Assembly (NCBI GenBank): GCA_033549365.1
Contig: JAWSUF010000007.1
Coordinates: forward strand, 19,154-83,153
Reading direction: 5' to 3'
DNA length: 64,000 nucleotides
Source of the DNA: Acidobacteriota bacterium
GTDB lineage: Bacteria > Acidobacteriota > Aminicenantia > Aminicenantales > Saccharicenantaceae
The stretch's first letter is position 1. Each line of letters begins with the position of its first letter. A model generated the notes under the pieces. It did not search any database. It was given only the letters and a program-made list of their open reading frames with translations, and was not told the DNA's origin. The translations under genes were made by a program, and so were the position numbers. Of the stretch, positions 33,892 to 42,439 are shown in pieces.

Positions 33892-35375
33892 CTCCCGCCG
33901 CACCCGGATCCCAGCCCTGGTCCATCGCCGCCTTTTTGATCTATCTCGTCCTGATGGTCGTCATCGGCATCGTCACGGTCCGCTTCTCGTCGTCCGGGAT
34001 CGGGGCCTTTTTCCTGGGCGGGCGCCGCATGAAATCCTTCGTCGTCGCCCTGTCCGCCGTGACCTCGGGCCGCTCGGCCTGGCTTCTCATCGGCATGTCG
34101 GGCCTGGCCTTCACCCGGGGCGTCTCGGCCGTCTGGGCCGTCGTCGGCTACATTCTCATGGAGCTTTTTCTTTTCCTCTACGCGGGGCGCCGCCTGCGTT
34201 GTTTCACCGGCCGGATGGACGACATCACCGTTCCCGACTATCTCGAATCGCGCTTCGAGGACAGGACGCATAAGCTCCGCGTCATCGCCGCCGTCCCCAT
34301 TCTCATCTTCATGACCGCCTATCTCGCCGCCCAGTTCACGGCCGGCGGAAAATCCCTGTCGGCGAGTTTCGGCATGACCCCTCTCCAGGGCCTTCTTCTC
34401 ACGGCCGGAATCGTGGTTTTCTACAGCGTCGCCGGCGGCTTCCTGGCCGTCTGCATCACCGACATGCTCATGGGCCTCTTCATGATCTTCGCCCTCATGA
34501 TCCTGCCCGCAATTTCCATCCTCCATCTCGGCGGATTCGGCGTCCTCCTTGAGACCCTGCAGGCCTTCTCGCCCCGGCTCATCGACCCCTTCGCCATCTC
34601 CGCCGGGGCCCTCATCGGCTATGTCGGCATCGGTTTGGGTTCGCCGGGAAATCCCCATATCCTGAACCGCTACATGAGCATCGACAAGCCGGAAAACCTG
34701 CGGAAGACGGGGCTCATCGGAACGATCTGGAATGTCCTCATGTCCTGGGGCGCTATTTACATCGGTTTGGCCGGGCGGGCGCTCTACGGCGACGTCTCGG
34801 CCCTTCCCGGCGCCGACCCCGAAAACATCTACCCGCTTCTGGCCTCGGAACATCTTCATCCGTTTCTTTTCGGGCTGACCATCGCAGCCGTCGTCGCGGC
34901 CATCATGTCCACGGCCTCCTCTCAGCTCCTGGTGGCCGCATCGACCGTCGTCCGGGACATTTACCAGAGAACGATGGCGGAAGGTCGGGAGATCGCCCAG
35001 AAAAAACTCGTCTTCCTGAGCCGGGCGGCCACCCTTCTCGTCGCCGTCGCGGCGATTGTCTTCGGCGCCTTCGCCGACAAGCTCGTCTTCTATCTCGTGC
35101 TGTTCGCCTGGGGCGGCCTGGGTGCCGCCTTCGGTCCGACCATTCTCCTTTCCCTCTATTGGAAAAAAGTCACCCGGGCCGGCGCCGTGGCCGGCGTCTT
35201 CACGGGAACGGCCGTCCAGATCGCCTGGTACCTGACGCCGTCCTTCAAGGCCGTGATCGCCGAATGGGTCCCGGCCTTCTTCATGTCCCTGGCCGCCGTC
35301 GTCGCCGTCAGTCTGGCCACCTCTCCCCCGGCCGGAATCGACCGCCTGATGTCCTGCATGCGCGAGGACGAGTGA
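33888..35375 (+). CDS. Sodium:solute symporter (SSS family, PutP/PanF-like)
   Basis: A 495-aa multi-TM protein. The SSS-family pattern includes FFLGGRRM...SGRSAWLLIG and GGFLAVCITD. Confidence 0.85.
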   Translation: MTPAAPGSQPWSIAAFLIYLVLMVVIGIVTVRFSSSGIGAFFLGGRRMKSFVVALSAVTSGRSAWLLIGMSGLAFTRGVSAVWAVVGYILMELFLFLYAGRRLRCFTGRMDDITVPDYLESRFEDRTHKLRVIAAVPILIFMTAYLAAQFTAGGKSLSASFGMTPLQGLLLTAGIVVFYSVAGGFLAVCITDMLMGLFMIFALMILPAISILHLGGFGVLLETLQAFSPRLIDPFAISAGALIGYVGIGLGSPGNPHILNRYMSIDKPENLRKTGLIGTIWNVLMSWGAIYIGLAGRALYGDVSALPGADPENIYPLLASEHLHPFLFGLTIAAVVAAIMSTASSQLLVAASTVVRDIYQRTMAEGREIAQKKLVFLSRAATLLVAVAAIVFGAFADKLVFYLVLFAWGGLGAAFGPTILLSLYWKKVTRAGAVAGVFTGTAVQIAWYLTPSFKAVIAEWVPAFFMSLAAVVAVSLATSPPAGIDRLMSCMREDE

Positions 35376-35376
35376 C

Positions 35377-35688
35377 ATGTTCATCTTCATCGCCGGGCTT
35401 CAGCCGCGGACACGGGATCTCGACAGCCCGCCCCGAACCTGTCCGGCCTGCAATCGGCCTGCGCTGCGGCTGCGGCGGACGGACCAATACTTCAGCATTT
35501 TTTTCATCCCGCTTTTCCGGGTGAAACGCGGTGAACCCTTTGCGGCCTGCGGCGGCTGCGGCGCCGAGTTTGCGTCGGGCGAACCCCTGCTCGGAGAGAA
35601 AAGCTCCGGGACAAGCCGCTGCCGGAGCTGCGGCCGGAGAGTCGAGCCGGATTTCCGATTTTGCCCTTACTGCGGATCTTCGATATGA
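35377..35688 (+). CDS. Zinc-ribbon domain protein
   Basis: It has three CxxC pairs (CPACN, CGGCG and CRSCG...CPYCG). It starts 2 nt after the symporter stop. Confidence 0.5.
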   Translation: MFIFIAGLQPRTRDLDSPPRTCPACNRPALRLRRTDQYFSIFFIPLFRVKRGEPFAACGGCGAEFASGEPLLGEKSSGTSRCRSCGRRVEPDFRFCPYCGSSI

Positions 35689-35705
35689 TGGGGTCGAGAA
35701 CACCG

Positions 35706-36659
35706 ATGAAACACCTCGGAATCCTGACCCGGGATTGCGCCGGGATCAACGCCGCGATCCGGGCCGTCGTCCGGACGGCCGTCCACCGGAACGTCGAAAT
35801 CGTGGGCATCATGAGGGGGTACGAGGGCCTGATCGACGGCGAGTTCCTGCCCATGGATCGAAGATCGGTCTCCAATATCATCTCCAGGGGCGGGACAATC
35901 CTGAAAACAGCCCGGTCGGAGCGCTTCCGCACGGAAGAAGGCCGGGCGGCGGCCGCGGCCCAACTGAAGAAAAACGGAATCGACGGCCTGATCGTCGTGG
36001 GCGGAAACGGCACGCTGTCCGGCGCCGGCTTGCTGGCCCGCGAGCACGGCTTCGCCGTCGTCGGCGTCCCGGCCACGATCGACAACGACATTCCGGGCGT
36101 CGATCCGTCTCTGGGCGCCGATACGGCGATCAACGTGGCCATGGACGCGCTCGACAAGATCCGCGACACGGCGACAAGCCTGGAGCGGATTTTCATCGTC
36201 GAGGTCATGGGCCGTGCCTGCGGCTACCTGGCCATGCAGGTGGCTCTTGCAGGCGGCTGCGAGGAAGTCCTTCTTCCCGAACGCGAGACGGACATGGCCT
36301 TGATCTGCCGCGAGATCCGGGACGGACACGCCCAGGGAAAGATCAGCTGGATCATCATCGTTGCCGAAGGCCGGGCCTCGGCCGGCGATGTCGCCGAGGA
36401 AGTCTCCCGGATGACGGGGCTTGAAACCCGGATCGCCGTTCTCGGCCACATCCAGCGCGGCGGACGGCCGACGGCCTTCGACCGGGTCATGGCCTCGCGG
36501 CTGGGAAGTTTCGCCGTCGAAACGCTTCTCGACGGAAAAGCGGGCCTTTACGTCCGCCGGCACGAAGGCCGGCTCGAAACGCTGCCGCTCGAAGCCGCCG
36601 CCGGACCCAAGCGCCTCGACGCCGACGACGACTATCGCCTTCTCCGGCTCCTGACCTGA
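35706..36659 (+). CDS. pfkA: ATP-dependent 6-phosphofructokinase
   Basis: Motifs seen: GILTRDCAGINAAIR, VVGGNGTLSGA, PATIDNDI, EVMGRACGYLA and LGHIQRGG. Confidence 0.9.
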   Translation: MKHLGILTRDCAGINAAIRAVVRTAVHRNVEIVGIMRGYEGLIDGEFLPMDRRSVSNIISRGGTILKTARSERFRTEEGRAAAAAQLKKNGIDGLIVVGGNGTLSGAGLLAREHGFAVVGVPATIDNDIPGVDPSLGADTAINVAMDALDKIRDTATSLERIFIVEVMGRACGYLAMQVALAGGCEEVLLPERETDMALICREIRDGHAQGKISWIIIVAEGRASAGDVAEEVSRMTGLETRIAVLGHIQRGGRPTAFDRVMASRLGSFAVETLLDGKAGLYVRRHEGRLETLPLEAAAGPKRLDADDDYRLLRLLT

Positions 36660-36740
36660 GGCCGATCCGGCCTGTTTTTATTGACAACGCGGAACCCGCC
36701 GTTTATGATGGGGCGCCACAAGTTAATATTGGAGCTTTTT

Positions 36741-37982
36741 ATGGATCTTTTCAGCAAATTTGACACCGACGGCGGCTATTTCGGCCCATTTCGGCTCCGC
36801 AAGGACAAATATTTCACGCGGCCCGTCCTCGATCCCCTGCCCGGTCCCCAAATGACCTTCGAGGGGAAACCCGTTATCCAGTGGTCCATCAACAACTACA
36901 TGGGTCTCGCGGAAAACGAAGAGATCAAGGCCGCCGCCGTGGAGGCCGTCAAAACCTACGGCACAAGCGCCCCCATGGGATCACGCATGATGACCGGAAA
37001 CACCGAACGCCACCAGGAACTCGAACGCCGCTTGGCCGACTTCAAGGGTAAGGAAGCGGCCATCGTGTTCAATTCGGGCTTCCTGGGCGTCACCGGAACC
37101 ATTCAGGCCCTGGCCGACCCGGACGACATCGTCCTGATGGACAAAATGTCGCATGCCTCCATGATCGACGGCACGCTCCTCTCCCGAGGCCAATACCGGG
37201 TGTTCAAGCACAACGACATGGACAACCTGGAATATCATCTGAAGAGCATCAACAAGAACGGGCGCAAAGGCGGCGTCCTGATCATCACCGAAGGCGTCTT
37301 CGGGATGGAGGGCGACCTGGGCGATCTGCCGGCCGTCTGCGACCTCAAGGACAAGTACAACGCCCGCCTTTTCGTCGATGACGCCCACGGGTTCGGCGTC
37401 ATGGGCGAGGGGGGACAGGGCACGGCTTTCCATTTCGGCGTCCAGGACCGGGTCGACGTTCTTTTCGGGACTTTTTCCAAGGCCTTCGCCGCAATCGGCG
37501 GCGTCACTGCGTCGAGCCGAAAGCTCGTGGACTGGATCCAGTTCAACGCCCGAACCCAGATCTTCACGAAAAGCCTGCCCATGGTTTACGTCGAGGTCAT
37601 CATGAAGACCCTGGAACTCATCCGCGATGACCGCGAAGGACGGCGGCGGAAAATGTGGGAAAACGCCGCCAGGCTCAAGGATGGGTTGCGGGCGCTGGGC
37701 TACACCGTCGGGAACAGTCAGGCCCCCATCACTCCGGTTTACGTTCCGGCGGGCGATATCCCGACGGGGGAAAGCATCGTCCGGGGCCTGCGTGACCAGG
37801 GCATCTTCATCACCGGCCTCATCCACCCCGTCGTGCCCCGGGGCATCCTGCTGTTCCGGATGATTCCCACCGCGTCCCATACCGACGAACAGATTCAAGT
37901 CACGCTCGACGCCTTCAAAAAAGTGCGCGACGATCTCAAGCTCAAACTGGACCCGCCGGCGATCCTGAGGCGGAAGTCATGA
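36741..37982 (+). CDS. PLP-dependent alpha-oxoamine synthase (serine palmitoyltransferase / KBL / BioF family; SPT-like)
   Basis: NNYMGLAENEEI is present. GSRMMTGN resembles the SPT GSRMLNGT more than the KBL SVRFICGT. The PLP-binding lysine lies in GTFSKAFAAIGG. Confidence 0.8.
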   Translation: MDLFSKFDTDGGYFGPFRLRKDKYFTRPVLDPLPGPQMTFEGKPVIQWSINNYMGLAENEEIKAAAVEAVKTYGTSAPMGSRMMTGNTERHQELERRLADFKGKEAAIVFNSGFLGVTGTIQALADPDDIVLMDKMSHASMIDGTLLSRGQYRVFKHNDMDNLEYHLKSINKNGRKGGVLIITEGVFGMEGDLGDLPAVCDLKDKYNARLFVDDAHGFGVMGEGGQGTAFHFGVQDRVDVLFGTFSKAFAAIGGVTASSRKLVDWIQFNARTQIFTKSLPMVYVEVIMKTLELIRDDREGRRRKMWENAARLKDGLRALGYTVGNSQAPITPVYVPAGDIPTGESIVRGLRDQGIFITGLIHPVVPRGILLFRMIPTASHTDEQIQVTLDAFKKVRDDLKLKLDPPAILRRKS

Positions 37983-38764
37983 AAGAAAAAGTCCTGATAA
38001 CCGGCGCCTCCCGGGGGATAGGCCTGGCCGCGGCCCGCCTGCTTTCGAACCAGGGATACGAGGTTACGGGGACAAGCCGCCGCCCGGAGGCGCTCTCGCC
38101 CGTTCCGCCGGGCATCCGCTGGATCGCCCTCGATCTCAACCGGCCCGAATCCATCGAAGACTGTCTGCGGCAGGCCGGGCCGGTGGACATCCTGATCAAC
38201 AACGCCGGAGAAAGCCGCCTCGCTCCGGCCGAATTCGATCCGACGGACAAGGTCCGGGAGCTGTTTCAGACCCACCTTTTCGGTCCCATGCGGCTCATCC
38301 AGGGCGTGCTGCCCGCCATGAGGGAAAACCGGCGGGGGTTCATCATGAACATCGGCTCGCTGGCCGGCGTTTTTCCCGTGCCCTTTCAATCGGCCTACAG
38401 CGCGGCCAAGGCGGCCCTGGCCGTCTACACCCAGTCCCTGAGAAACGAGGTCACAAAGCTCGGCGTGCGCGTTGTCCTGCTCAGCCCCAACGACATCCGG
38501 ACCACCATCGAACCCGAGGTTGTCACGGGTCCGGCCGCCGACTATCACGACGCGCTGGGACGCATGCAGGAGGTGCGGGCCGCCCGGATGGCCAAGGCCG
38601 CCGATCCGGAAATCGCGGCCCGCCGGATTGCCGCCATACTCCGGAAAAAGCGGCCCGCGCCCGCCTATTCCGTGGGCGGAGGAGCCCCGCTCATGGTCTT
38701 CGCCCGGCGTCTTGTTCCCGACCGCCTGGCCGAACGCCTGGTCCGGGGAACCTACAAGATATGA
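37979..38764 (+). CDS. Short-chain dehydrogenase/reductase (SDR)
   Basis: Motifs seen: the cofactor site VLITGASRGIG, NNAG, and the catalytic YSAAK. There is a 4-bp overlap with the upstream gene. Confidence 0.85.
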   Translation: MKEKVLITGASRGIGLAAARLLSNQGYEVTGTSRRPEALSPVPPGIRWIALDLNRPESIEDCLRQAGPVDILINNAGESRLAPAEFDPTDKVRELFQTHLFGPMRLIQGVLPAMRENRRGFIMNIGSLAGVFPVPFQSAYSAAKAALAVYTQSLRNEVTKLGVRVVLLSPNDIRTTIEPEVVTGPAADYHDALGRMQEVRAARMAKAADPEIAARRIAAILRKKRPAPAYSVGGGAPLMVFARRLVPDRLAERLVRGTYKI

Positions 38765-38780
38765 ATTAAGGAGATCCCGC

Positions 38781-39902
38781 ATGGCCGTTGAAATTCAAGA
38801 CGTGAGAACGTCCCGCGATCTCAAAGAATTCGTCCGTTTCCCCTATCGTCACTACCGGGGCAATCCCTATTGGGTGCCGCCTCTCATCCAGAGCGAAATG
38901 AGCACGCTCGACAGGAAAAAAAATCCCGCTTTCGAATACTGCGACGCGGCCTTCTGGCTGGCCCTGAAAGACGGGCGGGTCGCCGGGCGCATCGCCGGCA
39001 TCGTCAACCGCAAATTCGTCGACATCTGGAAAACGCCCACGGCCGGATTCGGCTGGTTCGAAACCGTCGACGACCGGGAGGTTTCCGGCGCCCTTCTCGA
39101 AACGGCGGAAAACTGGGCGCGGGCGCGCGGCATGACGGCCGTCCAGGGCCCCATGGGGCTGACCAATTTCGACCACCAGGGTCTTCTGATCGAGGGCTTC
39201 GACGAGCTCCCGACCATCGCCTCGGCCTACAATTATCCTTATTATCTCTCCCACCTCGAAGACCGCGGCTACGAGAAGGTGAACGATTATCTGGAATTCG
39301 AGGTCAAGCCCCCGAAGGAGATCCCGGAGAAGGCCCAACGCATCGCCGACATCGTCATGAAGCGGAAGGGCATCCGCCTGATCAAGCCCGGCAGCAAAAA
39401 GGAACTTCTTCCCTATGCCAAGGACGTTTTCGGGATCATCAACCGGACCTACAGCCACCTTTTCGCCTATGTGCCCCTCAGCGACAGGCAGGTCGAATAC
39501 TACACGAAAAAATATTTCTCCTTCCTGCAGCCGGAATACGTTTCGCTTCTGGCCGACACGGACGGCCGGATGGTCGGTTTTCAGATCACCATGCCGTCCC
39601 TGTCGCGGGCCATGCAGAAGGCCCGGGGCCGGCTCTATCCGTTCGGCTGGATCCACCTTCTGAAAGCGCTCAAGAAACCGAAAACGATCGATCTCTACCT
39701 GGTCGGCATCCTGCCCGAATACCAGAACCAGGGGCTGAACGCCGTCTTCATGGTCGATTTGAACCGGATCACTCTCGAAAACGGGATCGAGCTCGCCGAA
39801 ACCAACAGCGAGCAGGAAGACAACAAAAAAGTCCAGGATTTCTGGAAGTATTACGAATCGCGCCAGCACAAAAGAAAACGGATCGTCAATAAATCGCTCT
39901 GA
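38781..39902 (+). CDS. GNAT-fold acyltransferase-like protein
   Basis: I chose the start MAVEIQDV after the AAGGAG RBS. The N-terminus, DLKEFVRFPYRHYRGNPYWVPPL, is typical of a widespread GNAT-like family. The C-terminus has YQNQGLNAVF. The upstream part of the track ORF overlaps the SDR gene and was rejected. Confidence 0.65.
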   Translation: MAVEIQDVRTSRDLKEFVRFPYRHYRGNPYWVPPLIQSEMSTLDRKKNPAFEYCDAAFWLALKDGRVAGRIAGIVNRKFVDIWKTPTAGFGWFETVDDREVSGALLETAENWARARGMTAVQGPMGLTNFDHQGLLIEGFDELPTIASAYNYPYYLSHLEDRGYEKVNDYLEFEVKPPKEIPEKAQRIADIVMKRKGIRLIKPGSKKELLPYAKDVFGIINRTYSHLFAYVPLSDRQVEYYTKKYFSFLQPEYVSLLADTDGRMVGFQITMPSLSRAMQKARGRLYPFGWIHLLKALKKPKTIDLYLVGILPEYQNQGLNAVFMVDLNRITLENGIELAETNSEQEDNKKVQDFWKYYESRQHKRKRIVNKSL

Positions 39903-39903
39903 C

Positions 39904-40494
39904 ATGCCTCACGTTCCGGCGTCCGACCTTCTTCTCGATCTTCGAAACCGGGAGGGGGGCGACAAACTGACCGTCGGGGAGATCGCCGACGCGACGGGCG
40001 GCCGCATCCCGGGTCTCGTCTTTGTCGTTCTGGGTCTGCCGGAGACCATCCCCATGGTCGGGTTTTCCGCCATTTTGGCCGCGCCGATTTTTCTGGCCGC
40101 CCTGGGGCTGGCTCTCAGAGGACAGGCCGGCCCGCTGCCCCGGTGGCTCAGACGGAAAAAAATCAAGCGCGCCCTGTTCCGGCGGGCCGTCGACCGCGGT
40201 CTCCCCTGGATCCGGAGACTCGAACGGGTGGCCAAGCCCCGCTGGCCCGGCCCGGCGGCCGCCCACAGGCTGCACGGTCTGGTCGGCATGCTGCTGGCCA
40301 TCGTCCTGGCCGTTCCCATTCCCGGCCTCAACATCGTCGCGGCCTTCGGCACGGTCGGCCTCGGCATCGGCATCATCCAGCGGGACGGAAAACTCATTGC
40401 CTGGGCCGTCGTCGCCGCAATTGTCGCATCGGTCGGAATGGCGGCCGTTCTAAGCGGCCTCTGGGCCATCCTCCGCAGCGGCTTCTCCGGATAG
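39904..40494 (+). CDS. ExoD-family membrane protein (exopolysaccharide synthesis ExoD-like)
   Basis: LTVGEIADATGGRIPGLVFVVLGLPETIPMVGFSAILAAPIFL plus further TM segments follow the ExoD pattern. Confidence 0.65.
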   Translation: MPHVPASDLLLDLRNREGGDKLTVGEIADATGGRIPGLVFVVLGLPETIPMVGFSAILAAPIFLAALGLALRGQAGPLPRWLRRKKIKRALFRRAVDRGLPWIRRLERVAKPRWPGPAAAHRLHGLVGMLLAIVLAVPIPGLNIVAAFGTVGLGIGIIQRDGKLIAWAVVAAIVASVGMAAVLSGLWAILRSGFSG

Positions 40495-40554
40495 CGAGCG
40501 GCTGACATTTGACAGGGCTGTGGCCCGGGCTTATATTGATTCCGCCTGCCCGCG

Positions 40555-42330
40555 GTGAGGCTTTTAATGGACAGGGGGAATAAAGAGCTTTTTTCCGGGT
40601 TTCTCAAACCCCGGCCCTCGTTTGCAACAAGAATTCGCACATCCTTATCGTCGGCCCGCGGGGCGGCCCGGCCGTTTTCCTTCTACATCATTCTCTCGGG
40701 CCTCTTTCATCTCGGGGTTTTCTGGCTGTTCCTGTCCGCTGATCCGCTCAGGATCGTCTCCGGCGGCGGAACCGACGGGTTTTCGACGAATATCGATGCC
40801 TACCGGCGGGCCGCGGCCCTGATGGATGCGGAAACGCCCGGAGAAACCCGGCTCGCCGAGCTCGGCGACGAAGACATCCTGGCCCTTTTGTCCGGCCTGC
40901 CCGCCCTCGATCCGCGGTTCACGAAAAAAGAACGCACCGAGATCCTTCTCAATTTCCTTGCCGGCCTCTCCGATGAAGATCTGCTTTCGCTTTTGTCCGG
41001 CGAGCCCGGCCCGGCCTCAGACGGTGCCGGGATCAGGCCTCCGGTCGGGCGGATCCGAACCCGTGTCGTCGATTCGGGACCTTTCTCTTCAGGAGGTCCG
41101 GCGCTCTACCGAGTCGATCCCTCGATTTCGAGGCGACTGGCCATGTTGAGATATCAGGAAAAATTCGAACGGGCCGCTACGGAAGTCCGGGGAGGTTACG
41201 TCCGGGTCGACGGCGGCTCGGGGATCCGCGATATTCCCTCCGACTATTTTTTCCGGGATTGTCCCTACGAAGAAATGGCGGCCGTCGGCGCCGGCCTGTT
41301 CGCCTTTGTCTCGGGATTCCCGGATATCCAGGCGCCCGGCATCGATCCCCGGACGGAAACTTCGGATGAACGGCAACCCGTGTCCCGCGGCGGCGGATCC
41401 TTCCGCGTCATCCTCGTCGACGCCGCATCCTGGAGCCAGAAATCCGGCCCCGACTCCGCCCTGAAGACTCTCGAACCGCTCGCACTCTCGGCGGAAGAAC
41501 GCATGGCCGTTTTGGACGACCTCATGGCTTTGCCCGAGGAGAAACAGTTCGTGAAATTCGTCACGGAATATTTGGACCGCTACGATCCCGACCAGGAAGA
41601 CCTGGCCCATCTGGCCCGGGAATTCATGACCTGGAACCAGAGCGCGGTCTTCATCGTGGCTTCCCGTTTTTCCGCGGCCTTCGATTTTGTCGAAAAGCTC
41701 TATTTCAACAAACGGGTCCAGGGCTATCTGGAGACCTACGCAAGAAAAAACCGGACGACCCGAACGGGCCGGGAGATCCTCTCCGTTCTCGCCGGACTTC
41801 TGGATTTCGAAAAAAGAACGCTCGGCTATCTTTTCGACGCCTATGAAACGGCGGTCGCCGTCCTGGACGGAAAGGAACGGCGGACCGAGGTTCTCAATCC
41901 GAGAGCCAAAGCCCTCGTTATCGTGAAGACCCTGGATGCCGTGATGGAAGCCATGGTGCGGTCGGGAATCCGGTCCCAGGGCGAACTCCTGGATCTCTAC
42001 GAAAGCCGGGAAATCGAGCTGCTGCGGAGTCTCGCCGATTCGGGAGGAGAGACGCGGGACGGCGCCCTTTTCTCCCTGGGCTGCCTTCACTGGACCAACA
42101 GGAGATTCGAGAGCGCCGTCGAAGCCTGGAATGCCGTCAAGCCCTCCTACAGCCGCGGATCGTTTGTGGACATGATGGAACTTATCGAAAAGGGGGACTA
42201 TGCCCGCATCGCTCCGGGGATCGACGAGATGATCGCCCGGTCGTTCGGATCCTCCAGCCAAAAGCATCTCGAGAGAATGGTCCGCTTCAAAAAATGGAGC
42301 CGCCGGTATCAATCCCCGGCCGGTTTCTGA
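40555..42330 (+). CDS. Membrane-anchored hypothetical protein (591 aa)
   Basis: It has one TM segment (FSFYIILSGLFHLGVFWLFL). There are no recognisable motifs. The frame is consistent with coding composition. Confidence 0.5.
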   Translation: MRLLMDRGNKELFSGFLKPRPSFATRIRTSLSSARGAARPFSFYIILSGLFHLGVFWLFLSADPLRIVSGGGTDGFSTNIDAYRRAAALMDAETPGETRLAELGDEDILALLSGLPALDPRFTKKERTEILLNFLAGLSDEDLLSLLSGEPGPASDGAGIRPPVGRIRTRVVDSGPFSSGGPALYRVDPSISRRLAMLRYQEKFERAATEVRGGYVRVDGGSGIRDIPSDYFFRDCPYEEMAAVGAGLFAFVSGFPDIQAPGIDPRTETSDERQPVSRGGGSFRVILVDAASWSQKSGPDSALKTLEPLALSAEERMAVLDDLMALPEEKQFVKFVTEYLDRYDPDQEDLAHLAREFMTWNQSAVFIVASRFSAAFDFVEKLYFNKRVQGYLETYARKNRTTRTGREILSVLAGLLDFEKRTLGYLFDAYETAVAVLDGKERRTEVLNPRAKALVIVKTLDAVMEAMVRSGIRSQGELLDLYESREIELLRSLADSGGETRDGALFSLGCLHWTNRRFESAVEAWNAVKPSYSRGSFVDMMELIEKGDYARIAPGIDEMIARSFGSSSQKHLERMVRFKKWSRRYQSPAGF

Positions 42331-42439
42331 GCCGAACCGAGCCGCTTGACTTCCCGCCTGAAATATCATATTTTTAATATCTTATCATGAGGATTTATTC
42401 GAAGCCTCAATCTATCTTTCCGGGGAGGAAAACCCAGCC

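Noticed and set aside
31978-35390. Two long minus-strand ORFs (641 aa and 538 aa), and a 529-aa plus-strand alternative frame, over the symporter genes.
   Set aside because: The plus-strand frames that I called encode typical multi-TM SSS transporters. The alternatives are Arg/Gly/Asp/Pro-rich high-GC artefacts.
38472-38780. The upstream extension of the GNAT ORF (track start 38472).
   Set aside because: It overlaps the SDR gene in another frame. An AAGGAG RBS and the conserved N-terminus MAVEIQDV support a start at 38781.
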